Shown: piece by piece, positions 32,040 through 43,257 of the stretch
How the letters are laid out: each line of letters begins with the position of its first letter
Numbering within the stretch: position 1 is the first letter of the stretch
Source of the DNA: Acholeplasmataceae bacterium
GTDB lineage: Bacteria; Bacillota_I; Bacilli_A; Acholeplasmatales; Acholeplasmataceae
DNA: 64,000 nucleotides
Direction: 5' to 3'
Assembly (NCBI GenBank): GCA_963675245.1
Contig: OY775910.1
Coordinates: forward strand, 608,001 to 672,000
Position numbers and translations under genes: made by a program
Notes under the pieces: model-generated
What the model saw: only the letters and a program-made list of their open reading frames with translations
Told to the model about the DNA's origin: nothing
Databases searched by the model: none

Positions 32040-33044
32040 TTAATTTTCTAAGCTTTCAAATGTAATCGTTGATTCTCCACCTAACAAGTAATTAGGGTGT
32101 GTTCCTTCTTTAAGATATTGATAATAAGCTGCTGCACCAATCATAGCGGCATTATCTGTACAATATTTCATGCTAGGAATAATGATTTCTATATCCTTAA
32201 TTTCTTCAAATATTCTCTTTCTTAATCCTTTGTTAGCGGCAACCCCACCAGCAATAATAATTTGTTTGACATCAAACTTTTCAGCAGCCGCTTTTGTCTT
32301 TTGAATGAGGACGTCTAAGACACTTGCTTGAAAGGATGCGCACATATCATCCACGTTGATTTCTTCGTGGCGTTGAGCGGCATTATGAACCACATTAATC
32401 ACGGCACTTTTTAATCCAGAAAAACTGAAATTAAATGTGTCATTTAGGTATGGTCTAGGAAGGTTATACGTATCTTTTCCTAGTGCTGCTTTTTTATCCA
32501 CGATAGGACCACCAGGATAAGATAAACCCAAAGTTCTGGCGACTTTATCATATGCTTCTCCAACAGCATCGTCTAAGGTCGTACCAATCATTTTAATGTC
32601 CATATCTTCTTTTATGTATAATAGTTCTGTATGTCCGCCACTGACTAATAACGCAAGTGCTGGGAACTTCATATCATGTTCAATACCCGCAGCGTAAATA
32701 TGACCAATTAAATGATTAACACCAATGATTGGCTTCCCATTTGCGAATGCGAAAGCACTTGCTGCATTGATACCAACAAGCAGTGAACCAATTAATCCAG
32801 GACCTCTTGTTACAGCGACTAAGTCGATGTCACAAATGGCTAATTGACTCTCTTTAATTGCTTGTTCAAATATTCGTGTCATATGCACTATATGGTTTCG
32901 TGAAGCGATTTCCGGAACAACCCCACCATAAATTTTATGAATATCAATTTGGGATAAAACAATGTGAGATAAAACCTCTTTGCCATCTTTTACAATAGCC
33001 ACACTTGTCTCATCACAACTTGATTCAACTGCTAAAATAATCAT
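32040..33044 (-). CDS. tsaD: t6A tRNA threonylcarbamoyltransferase
   Basis: [37 protein letters not shown]. Confidence 0.97.
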   Translation of the reverse strand: MIILAVESSCDETSVAIVKDGKEVLSHIVLSQIDIHKIYGGVVPEIASRNHIVHMTRIFEQAIKESQLAICDIDLVAVTRGPGLIGSLLVGINAASAFAFANGKPIIGVNHLIGHIYAAGIEHDMKFPALALLVSGGHTELLYIKEDMDIKMIGTTLDDAVGEAYDKVARTLGLSYPGGPIVDKKAALGKDTYNLPRPYLNDTFNFSFSGLKSAVINVVHNAAQRHEEINVDDMCASFQASVLDVLIQKTKAAAEKFDVKQIIIAGGVAANKGLRKRIFEEIKDIEIIIPSMKYCTDNAAMIGAAAYYQYLKEGTHPNYLLGGESTITFESLEN

Positions 33045-33047
33045 TAC

Positions 33048-33476
33048 TTACACTTCCTTTAAATAAACAATAGCGTCTTCATTTTTGTAATATTTATCTC
33101 TTGTATACGCTGGTTTAAATCCAAATTTTTCATATAAATGGCGTGCCCATTTGTTACTTACACGTACTTCTAATGTTACTGTTTTAACACCTAACCGTAT
33201 TACTTCATTCAATGTCTCATCAAGTATGTTTGATCCATATCCATTTCCTTGGTGAAGTTTTCCAACGACAAAATTTAATATCTCCGCTTTATCATCGATG
33301 ACATGGTAACCTATGTATCCAACAACTTCTGTATTCAGCTCAAAAACCATATACATGGCGAAAGGATTATTAACGATTTCATTATAGATAAAATTAGCCC
33401 CAAGCGTTGAGCGTAAACCTTGTTTCTCAAGCTTGACAATGGCTAATATATCACCTGTTGTTGCTCGTCTGATCAT
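33048..33476 (-). CDS. rimI: Ribosomal protein N-acetyltransferase
   Basis: QGNGYG, TLEVRVSN..A..LY.KFGF, YY..EDA; between tsaB and tsaD. Confidence 0.9.
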   Translation of the reverse strand: MIRRATTGDILAIVKLEKQGLRSTLGANFIYNEIVNNPFAMYMVFELNTEVVGYIGYHVIDDKAEILNFVVGKLHQGNGYGSNILDETLNEVIRLGVKTVTLEVRVSNKWARHLYEKFGFKPAYTRDKYYKNEDAIVYLKEV

Positions 33477-34053
33477 GGTTGTTCTCAGCTTCCGTTTTTC
33501 TTAAATAATTAGGAACTAAATCATGAATTTCATCAACTTTTTTCATATGTTTAAATATGTGTTTTGGTGATACTTCATAGTGTCTTTCATCAATAAAAAC
33601 AGTCTTCGCTTTTTTATAAGATGGATCATGTTTTAAGTCATCTAATAATACATAAGTATCATCTAAAATGACATGTCCGCTTTCATGTATATTTGCAAAT
33701 ACGTAACCTCTTCTAGCGTCTATTAACGCCGCTATTTTACCCTCATAACCACTTGTCATGAAGTAGAGACTACTCACTGTATAGACAGGAATATTCTTTG
33801 TGTAACCAAGCATTTTAGCGACCATTACAGCAATTCTAATACCCGTATATGAACCAGGTCCGACACCAACAACGATTTGATCAATATCATCAATTGTCAT
33901 TTTATTTCGTTTAATGATCTGTTCAACCCGATCAACCATATACTTAGCATGGTCACGTTTAGCGATTCTAATTGAAGAATCCTTTAAATCATCATCTTTT
34001 GCAATACCAACATACATGACAAGTGTCGATACATCTATTAATAATGTTTTCAT
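33451..34053 (-). CDS. tsaB: t6A biosynthesis protein TsaB
   Basis: GPGSYTGIRI, IDARR, P.YLR. Confidence 0.93.
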   Translation of the reverse strand: MKTLLIDVSTLVMYVGIAKDDDLKDSSIRIAKRDHAKYMVDRVEQIIKRNKMTIDDIDQIVVGVGPGSYTGIRIAVMVAKMLGYTKNIPVYTVSSLYFMTSGYEGKIAALIDARRGYVFANIHESGHVILDDTYVLLDDLKHDPSYKKAKTVFIDERHYEVSPKHIFKHMKKVDEIHDLVPNYLRKTEAENNHDQTSNNR

Positions 34054-34508
34054 ATATATGTCACCGCCCGTTTACACGGAAAACCCACGCAAGTCAATGT
34101 GAGCTCGCGCGTGTTATCATCAATTTTATCAAATTTAATGAGTAAATGATCTTTTGGCATAAATTCAGATACTTGATATGGCCATTCGATAACCACCATA
34201 CCATTACCGTCAATATACTCTTCTAAATCAAAATCATTACCCACTTCATGAAGACGATATAAATCGAGATGATAAAATGTGTGTATTTTATCTTTCGATT
34301 GATATTTTTTCATAATGGTAAAGGTTGGACTATTTACAATTTCGTTAATACCATAACCTTTAGCGATACCTTGAGCCAAAGTTGTTTTACCGGAACCCAT
34401 TTCACCATCCAATAAAATGACGACATGTTTTTCATCTTTTAATAATAGTCCTAATTCAAAACCAACTCTATATGTCTCGTCTGCAGACGTTGTATACTTC
34501 TTTTTCAA
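34050..34508 (-). CDS. tsaE: t6A biosynthesis ATPase TsaE
   Basis: GEMGSGKTT, SPTF, HLDLYRL, IEW. Confidence 0.95.
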   Translation of the reverse strand: MKKKYTTSADETYRVGFELGLLLKDEKHVVILLDGEMGSGKTTLAQGIAKGYGINEIVNSPTFTIMKKYQSKDKIHTFYHLDLYRLHEVGNDFDLEEYIDGNGMVVIEWPYQVSEFMPKDHLLIKFDKIDDNTRELTLTCVGFPCKRAVTYI

Positions 34509-34516
34509 TTAAATCC

Positions 34517-35821
34517 CTACTTTAACATATTTTCGTAACCTTGCTTACCTAGCAAAGCGAACATATTCTTTTTATACGCTTCAACACCTGGTTGATTAAA
34601 TGGATTAACACCAATCAAATAAGCTGATAGTGCACATGCTTTTTCGAAGAAATAGACAAGATATCCGAATGTATAACTATCGAACTTAGGTATCGTTAAA
34701 ATAATGTTTGGAACTTGTCCGTCTGTATGTGCCATGACAGTCCCTTTTAATGCTTGTTCATTCACGTAAGACAATTTCTTGCCAGCAATATAATTAAGTT
34801 GATCTAAATTATCTTCATCTTCTGGAATATTGATATCTGCATCAAATTCGTTAACGCGAATAACTGTCTCAAATAAATGTCTTTCTCCTTCTTGAATATA
34901 TTGTCCAAGAGAGTGAAGATCGGTTGAGAAGCCAGCAGAAGCAACAAATAATCCTTTGTTGTCTTTACCTTCAGATTCTCCAAATAACTGTTTCCACCAT
35001 TCGTTCACAAACAACAATCTTGGTTCATATCCAACAAGCATTTCAATCTTTTTACCCATCGTGTACAAAATATAACGGGTTGTCGCGTAAAGGTATGCTT
35101 CGTTTTGAGTCACATCTGGATTCGCAAATCTTTCCATCGCATCCTTAGCGCCCTTTAGCATCGCGTCAGTGTCTGCGTTCGCACATGCGAGAGGTAATAA
35201 CCCTACTGGTGTTAAAACGCTAAATCTGCCGCCAATATCGTCTGGAATGACAAACATTTCATAACCGTTTTGTTTTGAAAGTGAATAAAGCGCTCCACGT
35301 GCTTTATCTGTGGTCGCATAAATACGTTCTTTCGCCTCTTCTTTACCAACACGATCTTCTAAAAGTTTTTTTAGGACTCTAAATGCGATTGCTGGCTCTG
35401 TTGTTGTTCCTGATTTTGAAATAACATTAATACTAAATGATTTATTATCAAGGTAATTAACGAGGTGCTTTAAATAACTACCTGACATTTGATGACCCGC
35501 AAAAATAATTTCTAAATCCCCATCAGAAAATGGTGTCTTTAAAAATTCAATACCCGCTTTGGCACCTAAATAAGATCCGCCAATACCGATAACAACTAAC
35601 ACTTCACTTTGTTTTCTGATTTTTTTGCTCGCTTTAATCACACGTGCATATTCTTCTTTATCATAAGCAGTTGGCCAATCCAACCATCCTAAAAAGTCGT
35701 TACCTGCACCTGTTTTTTCGTGAATCATTTGATGAACTTCTTTTACTCTTTCGTGCAAATCCTCTGGTTGCACACTCAAAAATTTGCGCACATCATTTAG
35801 CGCGATTTGGATAGAATCCAT
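34517..35821 (-). CDS. pgi: Glucose-6-phosphate isomerase
   Basis: [36 protein letters not shown]. Confidence 0.97.
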   Translation of the reverse strand: MDSIQIALNDVRKFLSVQPEDLHERVKEVHQMIHEKTGAGNDFLGWLDWPTAYDKEEYARVIKASKKIRKQSEVLVVIGIGGSYLGAKAGIEFLKTPFSDGDLEIIFAGHQMSGSYLKHLVNYLDNKSFSINVISKSGTTTEPAIAFRVLKKLLEDRVGKEEAKERIYATTDKARGALYSLSKQNGYEMFVIPDDIGGRFSVLTPVGLLPLACANADTDAMLKGAKDAMERFANPDVTQNEAYLYATTRYILYTMGKKIEMLVGYEPRLLFVNEWWKQLFGESEGKDNKGLFVASAGFSTDLHSLGQYIQEGERHLFETVIRVNEFDADINIPEDEDNLDQLNYIAGKKLSYVNEQALKGTVMAHTDGQVPNIILTIPKFDSYTFGYLVYFFEKACALSAYLIGVNPFNQPGVEAYKKNMFALLGKQGYENMLK

Positions 35822-35832
35822 TCTATATACCT

Positions 35833-36189
35833 CTATTTCTTAGTTTTCTCGATCCAAAAAGGCAACGCCTTAGATAAAGAGTGAAACCCTTTTTGAATCT
35901 TTACCATTTTTTGAATTTTAGGGTGGACAGGGTTAGCTTCCTTATAGCTTAATTTTAATCTTTTTTGATCTTCATCAATTTCTAGAATAACTGTTTCAAC
36001 AACATCACCAACATCAAGAATATCTTCTAAGGATGGTACATACTGATCTGAAACTTCAGAAATATGAATGAGACCAACATACTCATCACATTGGACAAAA
36101 ACGCCATACGATTGAATACCCGTAATCCGACATGAAACATGATCTTTTACATTCATAATTAACCTCGTATAGATTATATCATATTTCAT
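35833..36189 (-). CDS. S1 RNA-binding domain protein (YugI/GSP13-like)
   Basis: [22 protein letters not shown]. Confidence 0.85.
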   Translation of the reverse strand: MKYDIIYTRLIMNVKDHVSCRITGIQSYGVFVQCDEYVGLIHISEVSDQYVPSLEDILDVGDVVETVILEIDEDQKRLKLSYKEANPVHPKIQKMVKIQKGFHSLSKALPFWIEKTKK

Positions 36190-36278
36190 TATCTCATCTG
36201 TGTTATCACGAAAAGAAAAAGCGAATGTTATAAATCTTTAAAAGATTTATCAAACAAACGCTTCTTATTTTCTATTGT

Positions 36279-37130
36279 TTACTCATATGTAAGGTAGACA
36301 CTTAATCCACCTAAACCCACATGTGCTGAGATCACTGGAGAAATGATACCTGTAATTTTCACACTTATTTTATCACTTAATTGATAAATATTGTGTTCTA
36401 ACTCTTTCGCATCTATACTACGATCAACATAAGATATTCTTACGATGACTTGTTTTCCAAACTCAAGTAACTTCTTCGTTTCATTCACTAAATATTCCAT
36501 CGCTTTTGAAACGCCTCTCACTTTATGCTCTAACTCTAAAACACCTTGTTTAAATCTTAAAATAGGTTTGATTCTTAGAATATTTCCAATAAATGCTGAA
36601 ATCATTCCTAAGCGACCATTTCTATGAAGTGTTTGTAAGTCATTGACAGTAAAAATTAAACTGCCTTTTTTCTTAATGACTTCAAGTTCTTCTAAACCTT
36701 CTTGTGCACTATGTCCTTCATCAAGATACGCAATTAATTTTTCTGTTAGATAAGCACCACCGTTGATTGTAGTCTCACTATCAACAACATGTACTTTAGG
36801 ATTATCAATAATCGTTGAAGCGAGCGTAGCACTATTAAGTGTTCCACTTAATGTTTTTGATAACGTCATACAAATAACTTCTTCATATGTTTCAAGTTGC
36901 TTGTTAATCGCTTCTATAAATTGTTCTGGTGCGGGTTGACTTGTTTTAATGCTCTGTTTATTGTTAAATGCTTGTATAACTAATTCTGGATCAAAGCTAC
37001 CGTCTTGATATTCTTTGTTGCCAATAATGACTTTAAGTGGCACGATGCTTAGATGCTGTTCTTCAGCAAATGCTTCCTCAATACCAAAAGTTGAATCAAT
37101 CACAATTCCCACTTTTCGCATGTATTTCAC
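36279..37130 (-). CDS. DegV-family fatty acid-binding protein
   Basis: DST, KTSQP, LSGT, L.RNGR, LRIKPIL, HVG. Confidence 0.93.
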   Translation of the reverse strand: MKYMRKVGIVIDSTFGIEEAFAEEQHLSIVPLKVIIGNKEYQDGSFDPELVIQAFNNKQSIKTSQPAPEQFIEAINKQLETYEEVICMTLSKTLSGTLNSATLASTIIDNPKVHVVDSETTINGGAYLTEKLIAYLDEGHSAQEGLEELEVIKKKGSLIFTVNDLQTLHRNGRLGMISAFIGNILRIKPILRFKQGVLELEHKVRGVSKAMEYLVNETKKLLEFGKQVIVRISYVDRSIDAKELEHNIYQLSDKISVKITGIISPVISAHVGLGGLSVYLTYE

Positions 37131-37211
37131 CTCCTATAGGTTTTTACTGCTATCCACATTGATTATATCATTTCTGTAAAAGAAAAGCGCTCTGTCCAAG
37201 CGCTTTTATAT

Positions 37212-37442
37212 TTAATCAACCGTTACTACGGCAATTACTCCTGGTACGTTTTCGAGTAACATTGTTTCAATACCTTGCTTAAGTGTGACATCAAGTGCAA
37301 CACATCCATCACAAGCGCCGGTCATTTTAACATATACTATGCCATCTTCTACGCTTACTATTTCAATATCGCCGCCGTCACGTTGTAAATAAGGTCTCAC
37401 CTTATCAATCAGACTAAATACTTGTTGTTCTGTCTCATTCAT
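37212..37442 (-). CDS. NifU-like Fe-S scaffold domain protein
   Basis: VRPYLQRDGGD, GACDGC, TLKQGIE. Confidence 0.9.
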   Translation of the reverse strand: MNETEQQVFSLIDKVRPYLQRDGGDIEIVSVEDGIVYVKMTGACDGCVALDVTLKQGIETMLLENVPGVIAVVTVD

Positions 37443-37494
37443 CAGGACATCACCTTCCTCTCTTCGCATATCTAGTATAGCCTAAAAGGTTATG

Positions 37495-37818
37495 CTATTC
37501 AACTGTTTCATCTTGTTCATCAGTAACGTCATTATCATTCGTCTTTGTCCGTTTATTGCTGACGCGTTTCAAAATAAAGTAAGCACAGTTATAATTACAC
37601 GATTCATTTAAATAATCAGGAATACGTGTAAAGCCATTTTCACTTTTAGGATCTTTATTGAATCCACGAAGTCTTAATTTTTCTGAAGAAACATCACCAA
37701 CGATATACGTATATTTATTAAAAGCTACTGGAACGTATCTTTCAATAAACATTTCGAGATTAAATGCTTCTTTATAATCTTTAATTAATTCAAATTCTCC
37801 AAATTCTGTTTCAATCAT
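37495..37818 (-). CDS. YutD-family (DUF1027) protein
   Basis: YIVGD...KLRLRGF, DYLNESCNYNCAYF. Confidence 0.85.
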   Translation of the reverse strand: MIETEFGEFELIKDYKEAFNLEMFIERYVPVAFNKYTYIVGDVSSEKLRLRGFNKDPKSENGFTRIPDYLNESCNYNCAYFILKRVSNKRTKTNDNDVTDEQDETVE

Positions 37819-38942
37819 TATGATAACCTCTCAAGTAAGACAACAGCTTCCGCTGCCATCGCTTCTTCTTTGCCAATGGCTTCTAACCCTTCATATGTGG
37901 TTGCCTTAACGCTAATTTTTTCTATGTCTACATTTAGCATTGTAGCAATATTTTCTCTAATTGTCGTCATATGTGGATTTAATTTTGGCATTTGTGCGTA
38001 AATTGTTGAATCTATATTTCTAATAAAATATCCTTTTTCTGTGATTAACTCATGTGCTTTTTTCAATATTTCTTTAGAGTCTAAGTCTTTGTATCTTGGG
38101 TCTGTATCAGGAAAATGAGTGCCTAAGTCTCCTAATGCCAGAGCACCCAGTAATGCTTCACTGATTGCATGTAGTAAAACATCAGCATCGCTATGTCCAA
38201 GTAACCCTTTTGAGTGTTCGATCTCAATGCCACCTAAAATCAGTTTTCTGCCTTCTTTTAATCTGTGTAAATCAAAGCTATGTCCAATTCGTCTTTGAAT
38301 ATCACTTTCAATCATAAGTTTAAACGCTTTAAAGTCTTCAGGGTAGGTTAATTTGGGGTTAGCTTTTTTAGATAGAATCACTTCCACTTGTTCATCCGGA
38401 TAAAATGCTTGATATAAACCGATATCGTCATCATAGTGTTTTGTGTTTCTTATATAAGCATATTTGATTTTTTCAGTTAGAAACGCTTGTGGGGTTTGTG
38501 CTAAAATATATTGATTGCGATCTTTAGACTCAACGTGATGATTATTATATAACTTTAGCGCTGAAGTAACGGGTTCTGCTAAAAACACAGCATCATGTAA
38601 TTCAAGCGCACTTTCTACTTTTTTTATATCTTCAATAGATACCATCGGACGTGCAGCATCATGAATATACACATAAGGCGTGATGACTTCGGCAAGTCCT
38701 GATCTAACACTATCGCTTCTTGTTTTTCCACCGATGACAAGTTTCACATTGTCATCAACATAGGTCTTTATTGTATCTAAATCATTTTTCGCTACAACTA
38801 AAATAACTTGATAACCTAACGCTAAATAAGTTTCTACACTATAAAGAAAAATAGGTTTATCATTTACTTTAAAAAGGACTTTTGATTCATTAAGTTGTGA
38901 TCTGCTGCCTGATCCTGCAGCAACGATTAGTGCCGTATTCAT
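37818..38942 (-). CDS. ispDF: Bifunctional IspD/IspF (MEP pathway)
   Basis: IspD AAGSGSR, IHDAARP, QTPQ fused to IspF RIGHSFDLH, GHSDADV, GDLGTHFP, KATT. Confidence 0.93.
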   Translation of the reverse strand: MNTALIVAAGSGSRSQLNESKVLFKVNDKPIFLYSVETYLALGYQVILVVAKNDLDTIKTYVDDNVKLVIGGKTRSDSVRSGLAEVITPYVYIHDAARPMVSIEDIKKVESALELHDAVFLAEPVTSALKLYNNHHVESKDRNQYILAQTPQAFLTEKIKYAYIRNTKHYDDDIGLYQAFYPDEQVEVILSKKANPKLTYPEDFKAFKLMIESDIQRRIGHSFDLHRLKEGRKLILGGIEIEHSKGLLGHSDADVLLHAISEALLGALALGDLGTHFPDTDPRYKDLDSKEILKKAHELITEKGYFIRNIDSTIYAQMPKLNPHMTTIRENIATMLNVDIEKISVKATTYEGLEAIGKEEAMAAEAVVLLERLS

Positions 38943-38943
38943 A

Positions 38944-39459
38944 CTACCCCTTTATATAGCCATCTAGTTTTTCATCTAATTCTGATATCTCAATATGATT
39001 GATAAATTGAAATGGATAAATGACGCCAACAGCTTTTTTTGGTCGATGATTTTTTAAGTATCGATCATAAAACCCTTTACCGTATCCAATACGGTGATTG
39101 TTCTGATCAATCGCTAATGCTGGAACAATCATATAATCGATTGTATCAATGTATGGTGTTCCTTCTTCTGGTTCATACACACCAAATGCGCTTTTGATAA
39201 AGCGCATCTCGTCATTATATGGATAAAACGTCATATCTAATCCATTTACTTTCGGAAATAGAAATACTTTATTGTCTTTCAATAGATCACGCAAATCTAT
39301 TTCAAAGGACATCGGATAAAAAAGCGCTACGGTTTTTGCTTGTTGATATCTTTTATCTGCACGAATTAAAGTAACGATTTGTTTATCTAACTCTTTTTTT
39401 TCTTCAGAATTCAATGATTTCCTTAAGTTAATCATGTGCTTTCTAATATTTTTTTTCAC
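38944..39459 (-). CDS. 5-formyltetrahydrofolate cyclo-ligase
   Basis: FGVYEP, IVPALA, RIGYGKGFYDRYL. Confidence 0.93.
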   Translation of the reverse strand: MKKNIRKHMINLRKSLNSEEKKELDKQIVTLIRADKRYQQAKTVALFYPMSFEIDLRDLLKDNKVFLFPKVNGLDMTFYPYNDEMRFIKSAFGVYEPEEGTPYIDTIDYMIVPALAIDQNNHRIGYGKGFYDRYLKNHRPKKAVGVIYPFQFINHIEISELDEKLDGYIKG

Positions 39460-41033
39460 GCACTTATATCCTTATAAAAACATATATGTCCATTATAGTT
39501 TGGTGATTCAGCAATCTTAATCGCTTGAACTGCTGCTTGATATAATTGATGTTCTTCTTGCGCATCACCACCACCAACAGCCACGCCTCCAAACACTTCA
39601 AGTTCAGTTTGAATAGAACCGTATTGCATTTGAAGGTTTAAGAATTTAGGGTTAGTTTTCGTGCCACTTTCCAAAACTTCCATTTTTCTTGGATCTGTAA
39701 GAGTAACAGCAAATTCAATACCTGAAATACGGAAGATACCACCAGATTCAGAAACAAAGTTTTGACGCATCTTCTTAATGTATTCAGCCATTAACATATT
39801 ACCGACTTCTCTGCCATGCGTTTCATTAATAGTCGGGATATTCTTTAACCTAAATATTAAACATTGGAAATATCTGTTTGAATTAAATAATTGATGCATG
39901 TGGACCATAAAGTCGTTATGGTCTTTTAAATGATCTAATTCATCAATATGAGACGATTGGAAGTGTTTCGTTTGTATAGGGTTTAGTGTTCCCATGATGG
40001 TCGCAGTCTGTTGATCTTCAAATAAGCGAATGCCTTTTTCTCTAAACCAGCGATACTGATTATTTACCATCACACGATAAGAAGCTGTGTATTTACGTTT
40101 GTTAATCGTTAAGTCGCCTAGTATGGCTAGATATTTCTTAAGATCCTCTGCTTCAATTAAACGTCTAAAATCAGTTAAGTCAATAAGATTTCCGGGTAGA
40201 TTCAACGATGAGACCAAACTATCTGATGCCCAAATAGTTCGTTCATCTAAATCAATATAAAATAATCCTTCATCTGATAAGTCTAGCGTAGCGATGAATT
40301 TGTGTCTAATACTTTCAAGCTCATTATTTCGATCGCTTAGCTCTCTTTCAACCGCCAGCATATCAAAATCTGTTTTCTTTTCACCAACACAAATTCTTCC
40401 TTTGTATTTACCTAATACGTAAACTGGTTGCATAACCAAGTGAAGAATTACAGGATTGCCATCGTAATTAAGAAACGATAATTCCTGAATTTCTTCATCG
40501 CCTTGATGTGCATGATTTTTATAGTCTAAATAATAATTTTCAAGTTGACGATTATTGATTTCAGTATCGTTTAGTCTAGTAAACCTTACAGATTTATTTA
40601 ATACTTGAAATAATTTTTTACCAATGACTTCGTCTTTTTCTAAATTCAATTCTTGTAATAAACTAAATGATATATCTCTAATACGTTCTTTTTTATCAAC
40701 CACGTAATACGCATTCCATCTACTGTTTTTAATCGATTTAACAAACAGTTGATAGTGATTAGTTTTTAGTGTGGCTGTTTTAAATGTGGCATATAACACT
40801 AAAACAAACACACCATACACGGCAAAGTTAAAGTAAATATAAATTTGTTCATAGGTGGCATTAGTTAAAATGATGGTTTCATAAATGACAAACACAAAAA
40901 TCGTGATGGCAACATTCAAAAAAGCAAGAACTAATCTGTTCTTTAAAACCTTTTCTGTTTGAATGCTTTGCATCACCACGAGAAATAATGTGAATACAGT
41001 TATGATGAGTGGGTAAATTGGGTGTTGTAACAT
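39456..41033 (-). CDS. Membrane PAS-domain protein with degenerate GGDEF domain
   Basis: 3 TMs, PAS-like segments, INETHGREVGN and FRISGIEF. Confidence 0.75.
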   Translation of the reverse strand: MLQHPIYPLIITVFTLFLVVMQSIQTEKVLKNRLVLAFLNVAITIFVFVIYETIILTNATYEQIYIYFNFAVYGVFVLVLYATFKTATLKTNHYQLFVKSIKNSRWNAYYVVDKKERIRDISFSLLQELNLEKDEVIGKKLFQVLNKSVRFTRLNDTEINNRQLENYYLDYKNHAHQGDEEIQELSFLNYDGNPVILHLVMQPVYVLGKYKGRICVGEKKTDFDMLAVERELSDRNNELESIRHKFIATLDLSDEGLFYIDLDERTIWASDSLVSSLNLPGNLIDLTDFRRLIEAEDLKKYLAILGDLTINKRKYTASYRVMVNNQYRWFREKGIRLFEDQQTATIMGTLNPIQTKHFQSSHIDELDHLKDHNDFMVHMHQLFNSNRYFQCLIFRLKNIPTINETHGREVGNMLMAEYIKKMRQNFVSESGGIFRISGIEFAVTLTDPRKMEVLESGTKTNPKFLNLQMQYGSIQTELEVFGGVAVGGGDAQEEHQLYQAAVQAIKIAESPNYNGHICFYKDISA

Positions 41034-41057
41034 CGGGTCATCACCTTCTAAAGACGA

Positions 41058-41231
41058 TTATGCAAGTGTGTTGATATAATACATCAATATCACAATAACG
41101 GCAGAAATAACTAGTGCTAAAACATATTGCATGAATTTATACTTGATCAAAAAACTAGCAATACTATCGGCTACTTTTCTACTAAACACAAATTGAAATG
41201 GAAAAACAAACACTTTAAAAATATTTTTCAT
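41058..41231 (-). CDS. 57-aa membrane protein missing from the ORF track
   Basis: SD TAGGTGA overlapping cdaA stop; MKNIFKVFVFPFQFVFSRKVADSIASFLIKYKFMQYVLALVISAVIVILMYYINTLA*. Confidence 0.7.
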   Translation of the reverse strand: MKNIFKVFVFPFQFVFSRKVADSIASFLIKYKFMQYVLALVISAVIVILMYYINTLA

Positions 41232-41239
41232 GTTGTCAC

Positions 41240-41995
41240 CTACTTCATAAACATATTGAGATATTCTGTTAACTTTTCACGACTATTCATCTTTAACAAA
41301 ATACCTTCAATAGCAATTGATATGCCACCTGTTTCTTCTGAAACAAGGACGGTTAAACTATCCGTTAATTCACTAATACCAAGTCCGGCACGATGTCTCG
41401 ATCCCATCGTTTTCTCATAAGATTGATTTTCTGTTAAAACAAAATAGGCACCGGCACACAATATCTTATCACCACGAATAATGACAGCACCATCGTGTAG
41501 TGGTGTGAGTGGTGTAAAAATATTAACTAGAAGTTCTTTCGAAACTTCGCTGTTCATCATGATTGCTTTATCAGCATATTGATCTAGTGTGTTATGTTTT
41601 TCGATGGTAATTAACGCACCAGTTCTGTGTTCTGATAAATCCATTACAGCTTCAATAATGTTTTCTTTTGTACGTTCACTACCCATAATAACAATATCGT
41701 TTTTCTTATCTGACTTCCAAATTAAATCAATTGATCTACGAATATCTGGTGCCATAATAATGACTAAGATAAGCGGGGATGCTGTGACAAGATAACCAAC
41801 AAATTCTTGGCTGACTGGTAAGTCGATACTTGGTGAACTAGCTAAATAATATAAACCGAGTAGCACTAGAAAAATCAAGCCGATAGAAAACATCTTACGA
41901 TTTGAAATAAGAAGTTTGATTGCGACAATCACTATAATGAAAACAAGATATAAATCTAAAACGAATCGCCAAATTGGTTGTCCAAAAATCGTCAT
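41240..41995 (-). CDS. cdaA: Diadenylate cyclase CdaA/DacA
   Basis: 3 TMs, GALI, PLHDGA, GSRHRA, VSEETG. Confidence 0.93.
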   Translation of the reverse strand: MTIFGQPIWRFVLDLYLVFIIVIVAIKLLISNRKMFSIGLIFLVLLGLYYLASSPSIDLPVSQEFVGYLVTASPLILVIIMAPDIRRSIDLIWKSDKKNDIVIMGSERTKENIIEAVMDLSEHRTGALITIEKHNTLDQYADKAIMMNSEVSKELLVNIFTPLTPLHDGAVIIRGDKILCAGAYFVLTENQSYEKTMGSRHRAGLGISELTDSLTVLVSEETGGISIAIEGILLKMNSREKLTEYLNMFMK

Positions 41996-42054
41996 ATGAC
42001 CAGTGCTCCTTTTGTTTATATTATATCATAAAGATGTTGATAAAACTGTTCTGT

Positions 42055-43239
42055 TTACGCGTTGATGGTTTGCTTGATTCTAGCAGCAAGACCAGTTACT
42101 TCAGGTATTGTAATACTGCACAAAGCTATTCTTATACCGTTCGCCATTGGGATGACATAAATTCCTTTTTCTGAAAGTTTTTCAAATACTTTCATGGGTT
42201 CGTTAGTCTTTACAATTGTATAAAAACCACTCTTGAAAGGATATGTTTCAAGCCCCTCTCTTTGTGCCTCTTCTTTAAATATTGCACTTCTTTTGGCAAC
42301 GACCTTTTTTGTTTCTTCTAACGCTTTTAAGAAATTTTTTCTAGGTGCTTTTTCAGCGAAAAAATTAAAGAGCGAAATTGAGATGGTCGGTGTCGCAGAC
42401 CACGATCCTCTTGATTCATTTACGAAATTTTTATGGAATGATTCAACAGCGGATTTTGTTTTAGATAAGCCAATTGCAGCCCCCATCCTTAAACCGTAAA
42501 CACCGAAAGTCTTACTGCCGCTAAATGCAATAACTACAAAAACGTGTTCTAAAAGTTCGGTTAGTTTCGAAAGCTTGAAACGCGAATTTTTTTCATGCGT
42601 AAACTCTAAATAGGCTAAATCATACAAAAATATGATGTTATTATTGGTGAAATGGTTTAATGACGCGATTATCTCATCCCATTCTTCATCTGATAGTGTG
42701 TAACCCGTAGGATTGTGACAAGGGTCATTTACAATCACGATAACCTGTTTTTGAATAGTACATAGTTCAGCTAGTCTTTCTCTAAATGATTGTGTATCAA
42801 AATGTCCATCCTTAAATGTGTTGTGTTCAAATAATTTTAATTTTGCTCGATCTGCAAATCGATCATATTGCCATCTTACATCAGAAACAAATATGGAATC
42901 ACCTGGTTTTCCATAAACAGAAAAAGTGGCTGCAATCGCACCGCTACCTCCAGGTGTTGCACATGCTCCAACATACATTTCTTTTGAAATACTCTCTTTA
43001 TATTCTCCTAAAACCCAATTAATTAAATTATCTTTAAAAAGCTTCCCACCATCTACTGTAGGATAAGGTAATAGGTCATTATCTGACATGTTGTGAATAC
43101 GATCCAGCACCACTGGAATACCACCAATGTTTCTCTGTTCATCATAAAACATACCAATGGTTGCATTTACAACATTTGGGTCATGTTTTCTTTTTTCTTC
43201 AGCTTCTTTTGCAAGTTGCAATATGTCTATTTGTCCCAT
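42055..43239 (-). CDS. PLP-dependent aminotransferase class I/II
   Basis: HNPTG, DLAY, SGSKTFGVYGLRMG. Confidence 0.9.
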   Translation of the reverse strand: MGQIDILQLAKEAEEKRKHDPNVVNATIGMFYDEQRNIGGIPVVLDRIHNMSDNDLLPYPTVDGGKLFKDNLINWVLGEYKESISKEMYVGACATPGGSGAIAATFSVYGKPGDSIFVSDVRWQYDRFADRAKLKLFEHNTFKDGHFDTQSFRERLAELCTIQKQVIVIVNDPCHNPTGYTLSDEEWDEIIASLNHFTNNNIIFLYDLAYLEFTHEKNSRFKLSKLTELLEHVFVVIAFSGSKTFGVYGLRMGAAIGLSKTKSAVESFHKNFVNESRGSWSATPTISISLFNFFAEKAPRKNFLKALEETKKVVAKRSAIFKEEAQREGLETYPFKSGFYTIVKTNEPMKVFEKLSEKGIYVIPMANGIRIALCSITIPEVTGLAARIKQTINA

Positions 43240-43257
43240 ATTTTTCTCCCATCTAAA

